From Octopus vulgaris (taxonomy: Eukaryota), in assembly GCA_951406725.2 (NCBI GenBank), contig OX597827.1, forward strand, positions 29,326,001-29,390,000: 64,000 nt of DNA, given 5' to 3'. Positions within the stretch are counted from its first letter, which is position 1. Each line of letters begins with the position of its first letter. Made by a program: the position numbers and the translations under genes. The notes beneath the pieces were generated by a model. The model was not told where the DNA came from and did no database searches. It saw nothing but the letters and a program-made list of their open reading frames with translations. Positions 42,027 to 54,480 of the stretch are shown here, in pieces.

Positions 42027-42044
42027 ATAGATAGATAGATAGAT

Positions 42045-42128
<84 letters not shown>

Positions 42129-42217
42129 GGATGGATGGATGGATGGATGGATGGATGGATGGATGGATGGATGGATGGATGGGTGGATGGATAGATGGAT
42201 GGATGGATGGATGGATG

Positions 42218-42295
<78 letters not shown>
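42027..42295. repeat. (GATA)n/(GATG)n microsatellite
   Basis: Directly visible; others at 14040-14200, 30383-30700 and 58730-59005. Confidence 0.95.
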
Positions 42296-43282
42296 CCAAT
42301 TTCTTGGCTGACACTAATGCTGGTACCGCATTATATCGCGTGAAAAAATCATGGAATTCTTCCGGTTGCCAGTATTTGCCAGTGTTACTTTCTGCCAACC
42401 GCATCAAATTAATGCTCTACTTTCATTACGTTATTCAGAAATTTTTCTTCCGTAAAACCTCATGTAATCTCATGAGGCTTTATCCAAAACAGAAGCGATT
42501 TACCAACAACATTAAGTGGAGTGATTGAAAAATGTGTGAAACCAATGGTAGCGTGATAATTTCGCAAATAAAGAAAGTATTTATCCATCGACAAAGGTGT
42601 CGAGTATTCATTCTCATTCGTCGCCACAATCATATACATGCGTGTATGTGTGTGTATTTGTGTGCGCATGTGTCTGTGCGTGCGTGTGTCCGCATGTGTG
42701 CAACATATGTATATAACTATATACACTATCATGTATATGGGGGCGGGGTGTTTGTGTCTGAGTGTCAGTGCGTGTGTCTGTGTGTATATTTCCATGTATA
42801 ACACATACATACACAAAATCCACGAACATGTTTATTTTTTATTCGTCTTCGTGATATCTCTTTCCTTCAATCGACACTCTGCGCCAATTCTTTTTTGTTT
42901 TGTTTCGTTTTCTCTCTTTTATAATAACTTTTCCTAATTATTAATCTCATATATAAATTTGTTATTTCATTCCTGAATCGTGATATTTTGACTAACCGTA
43001 AATATTTTAGTCCTGGTAGCAGTATGTCAGTAAATGTTTTTAGTTTTTAATACATAAGAATTGTTTTATATCTTTTAGTGAACTTTTATCTTCCTTGCGA
43101 TGTACGCCATGCTTTACTGAATAGAAACAGAGCACAAGCTGACGTATGTAGATCGTGAATTCAAATTAATTGTAACTCTCGCGTTGTATTTTGTTTTCCC
43201 TCGTAAATTCCATTTTTTCTTTCAGCCTTGAATGAGCAGATAGATGGATATATGTGGATCAAAACAGTTTGATTGAAATTCT

Positions 43283-43323
43283 TGGGTACTCTGAGTTTCG
43301 AGCGTGATGCTAATCTTCAGCCA
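43283..43323 (-). ncRNA. Hammerhead-like motif inside a fold-back structure
   Basis: TGG-CTGAAGAT-TAGC ATCAC GCTC-GAAAC-TCAGA-GTA-CCCA; stem III ACT/AGT; weak stem I. Confidence 0.55.
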
Positions 43324-43436
43324 TTTGAATTCAAATTCAGAATGTCTGAAGGTTAGCATCACGCTTTGAACTGTTTTGATCCGTACATGTAACTCCCAGT
43401 AAACGTGTTGAGTGCCCTTCTTTCGTTTGTCCACTC

Positions 43437-43476
<40 letters not shown>

Positions 43477-44592
43477 TATTTTCTGCTGAAGAGGGAAGAA
43501 TCCATAGGATTGATCGCAAAATTGATTCAATATAGAAATAAGGAAGTCTTTAAAAATGATCTGTTGGCTAGCTTTCCTTGATTTCAGCATGACGTGTATT
43601 TATAGTGAATGTATAATGAAATGTGGAAATTGACGATTTAAAGTCTGTTATCAGCATATTGGCATAGAAATAATTTTTCTTTTGCCCTTGTTTATAAGTT
43701 GTTTACATGTATATATATATATATATATACTACTTCAGACACAGGCATCACAGGCATCGCTATATCTTTAATGATTATGTGTGGCATATTATGACTGACC
43801 GTAGCTGAGAAAGGCGGAAGAATTATATATGCCATTATGGACTGGAGGCATGTATCAGCATGGATGGTATGCTCACTGAACACCTGCTGAAAGAGAGCCC
43901 CATCATTTCCACATCTGTCCAAAAGAAATGGAAAGCCACATCTGGTACAGCTCATACTTAAGAGAAAAATCAAGCGTTGGCATTGTTTCAAATCAAGCTT
44001 TATCATATACGTATGTATGCATGTATATATGAATGTATATATGTATATACCGCTGTGTGTGTGTGCGTGTGTGTGTGTCTGTCTGTGTGTCTGTGTGTGT
44101 TTGCATGTTCATATGTACAAGGGCTTTGGGTAAAAGAAATTACAAGAAAATCTTTAATTATAATTTTATTCAGCATATTACTTATTGCAGTGGTTCTTCA
44201 GTTTTTCTAAATCCTAGGCCTTTCGCGACATCCTTAAGCCAAGAACTTTTTCAACTACTCGTATGTATGTGTGTATACATATATGCATACATACATGCAT
44301 ACATATATACATAATAAACACATACACGCACTCTTACATATGTAAATAGGATAAATATACGTATTATACATGCATATATAGATAATTAGAAGCTTGCAAT
44401 TACCGGCTATTAAATGAACTGTAAAAGTATTCCAAACATTCCAAAAGCGTATCCTGTAATATGTATACACATACACTTATAGACATATATATATACGTAT
44501 GCGCACACAGGCACATACACACAAACACACAGAGACATATACACACATGTCTGTTTAAACGTTTATGTGTGTGTGTATGTTTGTCTGTGTGA

Positions 44593-44646
<54 letters not shown>

Positions 44647-44781
44647 CTTTATACACACACACATATATAAATATACATTTAAACATATATACGTATTAAA
44701 AAATTATCATCACAAACTGTTAAGTGTAAAAATATGTAAAGCATTCTACGAGTATATTATGTAGTATGTGTGCATACACAC

Positions 44782-44819
<38 letters not shown>

Positions 44820-45042
44820 TCACAAGCATTTATGCTTGCATGCAAGGCGAATAATGCATGCATACAAATGCATATTTCCATATGCAAATCTGTACATACC
44901 TACATTCCCTATTTGCATAAGCACCTAAATGGTGGTGTACCGATTCCAGTGGCAGAATTTTCTTTCTGGATTCTTCCCTCTTGCCAAGACATTTTGAAAT
45001 TAAAGGCACGGCATGCTTGTATGAAGGTATGTATGGATACGC

Positions 45043-45073
<31 letters not shown>

Positions 45074-46320
45074 CATATATATGTACATAAAATGCATGCA
45101 TACATACCAACAGATATACATATGTACGTGCATAAATACAAATAAACATGTATGCATGCTTACCTGCATTCAAACGGGTATACGTACTTGCAGGCATGCA
45201 TATATCAATATATGTATGTATCCGAACGTACAAATTCACGTGCATTCATACATGTACCCATATAAGTATGTATGCATGTATGGATACATGTGCGCTGAGC
45301 GCATGCACATATACATGCATACATGCATTCAGGAATTCATGAACACATTTATACATATATGCATACATTATTCATGCATACATGCATAGATACATGCATC
45401 TATGCATTCATATATATACAGGAATACATACAATACATACATATATACGTACATATATACATACAAACATACATACAAACATACATACATACAACCATAC
45501 ATACATACAAACACACATACGTACATACAAGCATACATATACACAAACATACATACATGCTTACGTACATACATGCATACATACATACATCCATACCTAC
45601 CTACCTACATACATACATGCATACATACATACACACACAGACATACATACATGCATACATGCATACACACATACATACATACATACATACATACATACAT
45701 ACATACATACATACATACATACATACATACATACATACACACATACAAAACAATTCTTTAATGATTTACCGAGACTAGTAGCAGAGGTGTCTTTTTTCTT
45801 CCGTTCCGTTTCGTATTAAAAGTCATCTCGGACTAAAAACATTAATTCAGAAAATAAACCATTTTAAATTATTTTTTAAATATTTTTGATATTATCCTAT
45901 AGTTCTAATGTGATGGAGTCTGTATTCGTTCGTTATCAAATAATTGCATCTATTAATCCACCATCGCTTTTCATGCCTTTTCCAAACTAGGCCATATTTC
46001 TGCCGGGTGGTTCCGTTTCAGACATATTTCTCAGATTTTTGCTCCGTACTCTTTCCAGAGAGAGGGGGGGAGAGGGGGGAGAGAGGGGGAGAGAGTAAGA
46101 TTTATGAAGTCTGAGAAAGGGATCAAATTGGAAAATTCAAATCTTCATATTTTGAATGAATTCTTTATCGGGAATCGGAATCAAAACTAATTATGGTTCA
46201 GTAGAAAGGTAGGAAAAATGATGGCAATATATTAATATTTTAGCAGAAAATCGATTATCACAGAAAAATAATAACACAACACTGGTTATCATTCTCCCAT
46301 CACATCTATTGGAACAAACA

Positions 46321-46383
<63 letters not shown>

Positions 46384-46529
46384 GCACAAACACAAACACC
46401 CACAAACTCACTCATACAGGCACGCGAATTTCTGCATTCCTATATGTACTTTTGCATGTACTTAAGTACCTGCATATCTATATATGTATGTGTGTGCACC
46501 TGTGTATGTGCATAGGCATATATACATGC

Positions 46530-46628
<99 letters not shown>

Positions 46629-48579
46629 TAGAGAGAGATGTATGTATGTATGTATATACCTGTTTACATACATATATATATATATACTTATATGTATGTA
46701 TGTATGTACGTATGTATGTATGTGTGTATGTATGTATGTATGTATGTTTGTATGTAAGTATTATGTATGTATGTTTGTATGTATGTATGTATGTATCTAT
46801 GTATGTATGTATGTATGCATGCAGGTCTGCTCGACTTGATATCAAACATTACAAATGAGATTTTCCCCAGCTCATTATAATTCCGAGTATTAATCACGTG
46901 TCTCTTTTTAAAATCACCGAAAGAAAACGCAATTTCCTTTATGCTTTCATATCTTTGAAGCAACCTCTACAAAGAATGCTACTTACTTCCTTAATATATT
47001 AACTTAGTAATCTCATTACAAGAATTTCACCAAAAGAACCACTTTTTCTTTCATTTTCTTCCTCTTTTCTTTTTCCTGTTGCCTCCTGATGAGACGGTGG
47101 TTATTATAAATTTTCCTTTTCTCTTTGATTCTGTTGGCCCTATCATATTTATGATACTTAAGTTATTAACTAGGTCATATGATAGACTCATTCGCTATTG
47201 ATTGAACTAAAAAAAAGGCAATGTATTGTTGAATTTAATAGCTACATCTAGGACGGTGCTTTACACATATTGAAAATTAATATCAATTCTGTTGTCATTC
47301 AGTTACATATTTCATGAACGTGATGAATGACAGATAAATTAACTGACGGACTTCGAACAATTGATATTAAGGTGGTAATATGCTATGTTATATAGTATTA
47401 ATTAACTATAAATATTAGGCTATTAAAGAACCATTAACAGTTATTAAAATAACCATTAATATTAAGCTGTTAAATAAGAAAATGTTGTGTAGAATCAAAA
47501 GTTTTGGATATTTTTGCAACTTCTTTGCTGTATTAGTAAGTTACAACAAAAAGAGCTCACCATTCAAAGTAGAGGCCATTGTGTTGCACCGTCTCAAGCC
47601 ATCTTTCTGCCTCGTCTTTGACCTCACGCTGACACCAGTTCTTGTCCTAACAGACAAAGATGTTCCTTTCTGAAGATTCCATCTCGTCTTGGTTGACGTT
47701 ACATGGCTTCGGTCTGTGCAACACGATAGCCTCTGCTTCGAATGATAAGCTGATTTTTGTTGTCACTTGATGAATAAAACAAAAAAGCTACTAGAAATAT
47801 TGCAAAATTAACTATTAACCCATTCACGCCGATCGTCTGTTTAAACTGACACTTAATTTATCAGGCTATAAAACAAATACTTGATGCAAATTGTGATTTG
47901 TGTATGATCTGTATCAAAGAATGAAACATGTTTTTAACGCGTATGCAGTCTCTATCAAACGGATTTCAATGAAATTTCTTTTTCAGTTGTTATTTAGGTC
48001 AAAATAATAGAATCTGTGAATTTTCAGGCAATTTCATTCGCTAGAAAAATTTCGGCACGTTAGTAATAAGCTATTAAAATAACCAATTAAGGAAAAGGGT
48101 GATATGGATGTCAAGCTTGACAAATTGGTTGGAAGAAAGAGGCATTAAACGTCAAGAAGGGAAACTGTTACAGACATCGAAGAACAGAGAACTGCGGCAG
48201 GACATGATCAATTATGTCCTACATTCTGGACATGGAATGAAGAAGAAAAGATTATTATAAATAAGAATACTGCAGTACTAAATTCGATGGCCTTTTGGGG
48301 TTGCAGTGTATGTACTTGAAAAATATGGCAGTTGGTCGGTGTAATCGATAGAATGTCCTACCTTTTAATTATCTTTGTTGGATTTTGCAGATCTTTTCAT
48401 TCTAAGGATGGTTAAAGAAACTGTGAAGATGGATTTAAGTCATTGTGAGCTACAAATTGGTACAGCTGTATGAGGAGAGGACATGGAAGGAAACTAAAAG
48501 ACCAAAGCATGTACAGACAAGTATACAACTCTCACTAATATGCACACACACACACAGACGTATACATTTAAATCCTCGA

Positions 48580-48945
48580 AGTATTTAGTCGAGTAAATCG
48601 ACCCCGGGACATATTTATTTTCTAAGTACCGTACTTAATATTACATCGGTCACTTGTTGCCGAATCACTAGTTCCAAAGATGTAAACAAACCAACACTGG
48701 TTACCACGCGACATATACATGCAGACATGTACATATATTCATGTATGTGCGTGTGTCTATGTGCATAAGTGTGTGTGTGTGTATGTGTGTGTTTGTGTGT
48801 GTGAGTGTGTGTGAGTGTGCGTACGACGGCCTTCTTTCAGCTTCCATCTACCAGATCGATTCACATAGTTTTGGTCCGCCCGGGACTATTGTAGAAGATA
48901 GTTGCCCAAGGTGGAAGTGAACTTGAAACAATGTGGTTGGAGAAT
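48580..48945 (-). mobile_element. SINE family B, diverged
   Basis: Reverse-complement match to 3489-3882. Confidence 0.7.
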
Positions 48946-49009
48946 GAGTGTGTATATATATATATATATTATATTATATCATATATATTATATATGTATG
49001 TAAGTATTC

Positions 49010-49090
<81 letters not shown>

Positions 49091-49123
49091 ATATATATAA
49101 TTTGAAACTGACTTATTGGAAGT

Positions 49124-49166
49124 CCACCTGAAGATTGTCGATCAAGACAAGAAACGATTGTAGTGG
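49124..49166 (+). ncRNA. Minimal type I hammerhead ribozyme with intact core
   Basis: CCAC-CTGAAGA-TTGTC GATCAA GACAA-GAAAC-GATT-GTA-GTGG. All core nucleotides are present, with a 4-bp stem I, a 5-bp stem II and a GUA triplet (predicted cut after 49162). Confidence 0.85.
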
Positions 49167-49253
49167 CGGTTTTTTTTACTATTTATTAAAATTTTATGTA
49201 TTGATTAAGTCTTTCCTTGTTTGTTTTGCAAAATAGTGGTTTTGTCTCTAATA

Positions 49254-49346
<93 letters not shown>

Positions 49347-49482
49347 GTTTGTGTCCGCCTTCCAATTGCTGTTTTTACTGAGATCTCCCTTTTTAGTAGA
49401 AGAAATAGCTATAACTCTTTGACTGCTATTTCTAAATTCGGTATGTGGTAAGGCAATTCGTTGCCAAACCCTTTATTGCTTA

Positions 49483-49579
<97 letters not shown>

Positions 49580-49884
49580 AATACACACACATATGTGTGT
49601 GCGTGTGTGTAGTACAAATAATAATAGTAGCCGATAAAAAATGTTTGTTGGTTGATTTTCCGACGCGTCTATGATTGTAAATGCAGAGAATAAATAAAAG
49701 CGCGATACAAAGGAAGGGTTAATACAGGAGGTGCAGCAGGAGGTGTGCACATACTAGTGCGCATGCTCAGCAGTCAGTGAGTAAAAGAACACTAAACACA
49801 CAGGGAGAAATAATCACAGGAGGAGGTGAAAGTGACAAAGTATTTGGCTGCAACTGAAAAAGGCTCTGCGATGGTTAATATTTA

Positions 49885-50285
49885 ATCTTTTTTACTCTAG
49901 ATACAAGGCCCAAAATTTTGTGGGAGGGGACCAGTCGATTAGATCCAACACACTACATAATTGGTACTTAATTTATTGACTCTGGAAGAATGAAAGGCAA
50001 AGTCGACCTCGGCGGAATTTGAACTCAGAACGTAACGGCAGATGAAATACCTATTTCTTTACTACCCACAAGGGGTTAAACACAGAGAGGAAAAACAAGG
50101 ACAGACAAACGGATTAAGTCGATTATATCGACCCCAGTGCGTAACTGGTACTTATTTAATCGACCCCGAAAGGATGAAAGGCAAAGTCGACCTCGGCGGA
50201 ATTTGAACTCAGAACGTAGCGGCAGACGAAATACTGCTAAGCATTTCGCCCAGCATGCTAACATTTCTGCCAGCTCGCCGTCTTA
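49885..50285 (-). mobile_element. Family A SINE dimer (well-preserved full copy plus partial copy)
   Basis: Two AAAGGCAAAGTCGACCTCGGCGGAATTTGAACTCAGAACGTA blocks; the head GGCGAGCTGGCAGAA starts at ~50279. Confidence 0.85.
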
Positions 50286-51056
50286 ATGGTTAATATTTAT
50301 TGTAATGTTTATTTTCCTTCGTTGTTTTACAAAATGCAGGGGTTGCATTCATTCTCTTCTCTGCCTCTCTCTCCTTACTTCAGTAAAATTTACTAAACGA
50401 CATACACTCAGCTAATCCGTTGAAGAGCCTACTTACTCAGTATTCCTCAGGGAGATTCAGGGTGACATAGAATATGTCAAAAGCTGGTCCCCTTTTGAAT
50501 TACAAGTAGAACTTATATTTGCCAGCTGGGTGTATTAGCGCAATGTGGATCATGATCTGAATACCTTAACCACTAAGGCACGCGCCTTCACTAAAATTTC
50601 CTTAGGGACAACGACCAAATCCCTACATTCACATTCTTATTCAATAAGCTATATTGCCAACGAAAAACCTGTCCTCCGGCAAGCAGAACGCTTCACGTGA
50701 CACAAATCAAATTAGCGTTAATTTTTTAAAAAATTTAGCCCCAACATACAATGAGTGAAAACAACATAGTTTTGTTGGTGTTTCTTCTTTCTCCTTTTAT
50801 TTTTGCTTTCTTTTCTTTCGTTCTTGGATGATTCAGTGGTAGGTTTCTCTCTCAATTATTAGTTCCATCATTGCGCCTACTTAGCACCCTCGTTATAACA
50901 GAAACGACAGATACTGAGGGGACATCCCTTGATTCAGTTTCTATCTATATTTATTATCCAATTTGTTTCTTTGTATGTTTATGCAATTCACTGTTTTTTA
51001 GTTCTTATTTTTTTAAGTGTTATTTTTCTTGATATATCGTTAATAATTTTTTTTCT

Positions 51057-51721
51057 ACGTAAGGTGTACTAGCCATCTGAATGTGGCTAGCCACTGGGGG
51101 TGGGGTGTTACTGATGCTTTTAGCCCCAGGCGATCAACGTCACCAGATGGACTTTAGACACTATCTCAGTGCCCTTGTGTTATATGCAAAGGGAGGTCAT
51201 CCTCCCCCGAAGACCTAAGTACTACATACGGACTATAGTTTCAAGGTAATTGCCTCTCATCAACGCATGGTAAGCACCGACCCCAGTGGCTAGCCACATT
51301 CAGATGGCTAGTACACCTTACGTTGTTGAGCGGTTACTGTTTATATCTCGTTCAGAGATTTATTATTGCTTTCAGACAGTTTTTCTAAATCAGTGACAGT
51401 GGTTGCTGTGAAAAACGTTATATATTATTTGCAAGGGGACTCCTTCATCGAAGACCGGTGCTTACCATGCGTTGACGAGAGGCAATTACCTTGAAACTAT
51501 AGTCCGTATGTAGTACTTAGGTCTTCGAGGGAGATGACCTCTCTTTACAAATAACACAAGGGCACTGAGATAGTGTCTAAAGTCCATCTGGTGACGTTGA
51601 TCGCCTGGGGCTAAAAGCATCAGTAACACCCCACCCCCAGTGGCTAGCCACATTCAGATGGCTAGTACACCTTACGTTGTCGAGCGGTTACTGTTTATAT
51701 CTCGTTCAGAGATTTATTATT
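51057..51721. repeat. ~220 bp near-perfect inverted repeat (51057-51279 and 51456-51677) plus an 87 bp direct repeat (51281-51367 and 51635-51721)
   Basis: The arms are base-by-base reverse complements with few mismatches. Confidence 0.92.
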
Positions 51722-52150
51722 AATTTTTTTTCTTTCCTTCATTTAATTTTCATTCACATTTTTTTTATTTTTCATTTATTTTCTTTCATCGTTTTGACTG
51801 CTTGAGAAAAAAGGTTTGCTAGTAAATATTACGTTTCCTTGGTGAATAAACAATAGATGGTAATGGCGGAAAAGCAGATGATAAATTGTGGATCACAGTT
51901 TTATAAGGGTTCATTATGATATTTCAATGAAGCGTCAATTGAATGCTATAGCGAGGGTTGTTGTAGATTTATATAACATGAGGGAAATAACAATGCAGAT
52001 GGTGAGAGAGTGCTTAGTGATATGTGTTGGTGTGTGGGTCGGTGTAAATATATATATATTTATAAATATATATATATGTGTGTGTGTACTTTATATACAC
52101 ATTCATATACACATGTATATGTGTGTGTATGTTGATCGTTCGGTAGATAA

Positions 52151-52193
<43 letters not shown>

Positions 52194-52210
52194 CACGTAT
52201 ACATATATAC

Positions 52211-52256
<46 letters not shown>

Positions 52257-53092
52257 TTATATTTATATTTATATATATATATATATCTACGCAGACATAC
52301 AAACGCACACATTACACACGCCTTCAATTATATCCCAATTTAGGAAAAAATAATATGGTCGGTACAGGTTTCCATCGTACTAATCAAAAGGAACAGCCCC
52401 ACGCGGTTTCTAACAGCGAGGGAGACAGGTGCTTCAGCAACTAAAACCCTTATCAAAAGTATGATACCAGTCATCAAAACATACAAACAATGATAACCGA
52501 TACTTTTCAACCTTATTATGTTAAAATATAAACAAATAAAACACCAGCTTTTATCTCTCTGTCACTATGCGGCACCGCATACCTATTATCTTTTTAATAC
52601 TCTATGCATTAGATATGTTAACACAAACTTAATTATGAAACCTTCTATCTAGCTGCCTCATCACGTTTTTCCTCTTAATTTTATTAATGTTACATATATT
52701 AAATATCTTAACACGCACTTAACTTTCTCTCTCCTCCCACCTCTCTCACTCTCTCATACACACACACTCCCTTTCTCCCCACTTACCAATTTCCAAGTTA
52801 TTTTCCTTAATCCTCAACATGTGCAATACACCAACTCTAATTTGTCTATCTCACTTTTTTCTTGTTCGTTTTTCAGTGTTACCTGGTTTAAATACATTAA
52901 AATTCATTTATCTGTCTTATATTAAATTCAAACATGAATTTACACCTCATTTTCTTTATGTCCGTATGCCTGACCACATACATGTATATATTTCCAATCT
53001 GTTTTTAGTGCACCATGAAAAGAGTTTAATATACTAACATTAACTGATGTGTTATCGATTTGTTTGTTTCCAAACACATACACTTACACACA

Positions 53093-53126
<34 letters not shown>

Positions 53127-53129
<3 letters not shown>

Positions 53130-53335
53130 TTTTATTCTTTTACTTGTTTTAGTCATTTAACTACGGTTGTTTTGGAGCACCGCCCTTAGTCGAAAAAATC
53201 GAACTCTAGACTTAGTCTTTGAAAGCCTAGTAGTTATTGTATCGGTCTCTTTTCCCGAACTGCTAAGTTACTGGGACATAAGCACACCAACATCGGTTGT
53301 CAAGCGATGGTGGAGGGACAAACATGGACACACAA

Positions 53336-53382
<47 letters not shown>

Positions 53383-53535
53383 ACAGGCCTCTTTCAGTTT
53401 CCGTCTACCAAATCCACTCACAAGGCTTTGGTCGGCCCGAGACTATAGTAGAAGACACTTTCCTAAGGCGCCAGGCAGTGGGACTGAACCTGGTATCATG
53501 CGGTCAGGAAGCAAGCTTCTTACCACACAGCCACG
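53127..53535 (-). mobile_element. SINE family B, full length
   Basis: Reverse-complement match to 54091-54480. Confidence 0.85.
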
Positions 53536-54090
53536 AGTCATTAAAATCCAACACGCCTCGGAAAGTTCAATCGAGCGTATTGACCCCAGGACTTATTTTT
53601 AAGTCTGGTACACGCGTGCGCATCTGTATACTAAACATATTGGTTTCAAATTTTGACACAAGGTCAGTAATTTGGGGGAAGGGGACTAGTCGATTACATC
53701 GACCCCAGTGTTCAACTGGTACTTAATTTATCGACCTCCAAAAGGATGAAAGGCAAAGTCAACCTCGGCGGAATTTGAACCCAGAACGTGCTGACAGACA
53801 GAATGCCGCTAAGCATTTTACCCGGCGTGCAAATGGTTCTGCCAGCTCGCCATCTTTTCTGTACTAAACATATTTACATATGTACTAAACTCATTTACTT
53901 ATCAATATTTTTTTGGTTACTCGATGTCTTAAGTATGTTAGCATGAGTTCTGTGTCTATCTCATCTCACATGTATTTCTAGTAATTTTAGCGTCCCATCT
54001 CCGAAATATATTACAACCAGCTTACGTACTTATCTGCCTATCGAACTCATCTCGTATTAATAGATATTTTTAATCGTCTCCTTAATATAT

Positions 54091-54480
54091 AGGCGCAGGA
54101 GTGGCTGTGTGGTAAGTAGCTTGCTTACCAGCCACATGGTTCCGGGTTCAGTCCCACTGCGTAGCATCTTGGGCAAGTGTCTTCTACTATAGCCTCGGGC
54201 CGACCAATGCCTTGTGAGTGGATTTGGTAGACGGAAACTGAAAGAAGCCCTTCGTATATATGTATGTGTGTGTATATGTTTGTGTGTCTGTGTTTGTCCC
54301 CCTAGCATTGCTTGACAACCGATGCTGGTGTGTTTACGTTCCCGTCACTTAGCGGTTCGGCAAAAGAGACCGATAGAATAAGTACTGGGCTTACAAAGAA
54401 TAAGTTCCGGGGTCGATTTGCTCGACTAAAGGCGGTGCTCCAGCATGGCCGCAGTCAAATGACTGAAACGAGTAAAAGAG
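54091..54480 (+). mobile_element. SINE family B, full length, young
   Basis: Nearly identical to 3489-3882. Confidence 0.88.

Noticed and set aside
43478-43540. CTGAAGA followed by an AATCC/GGATT hairpin
   Set aside because: The GAAA box reads AAAA and stem I is poor; at most a very decayed HHR.
47086-47130. CTGATGAG hammerhead box
   Set aside because: No stem II, GAAA or stem III follows.
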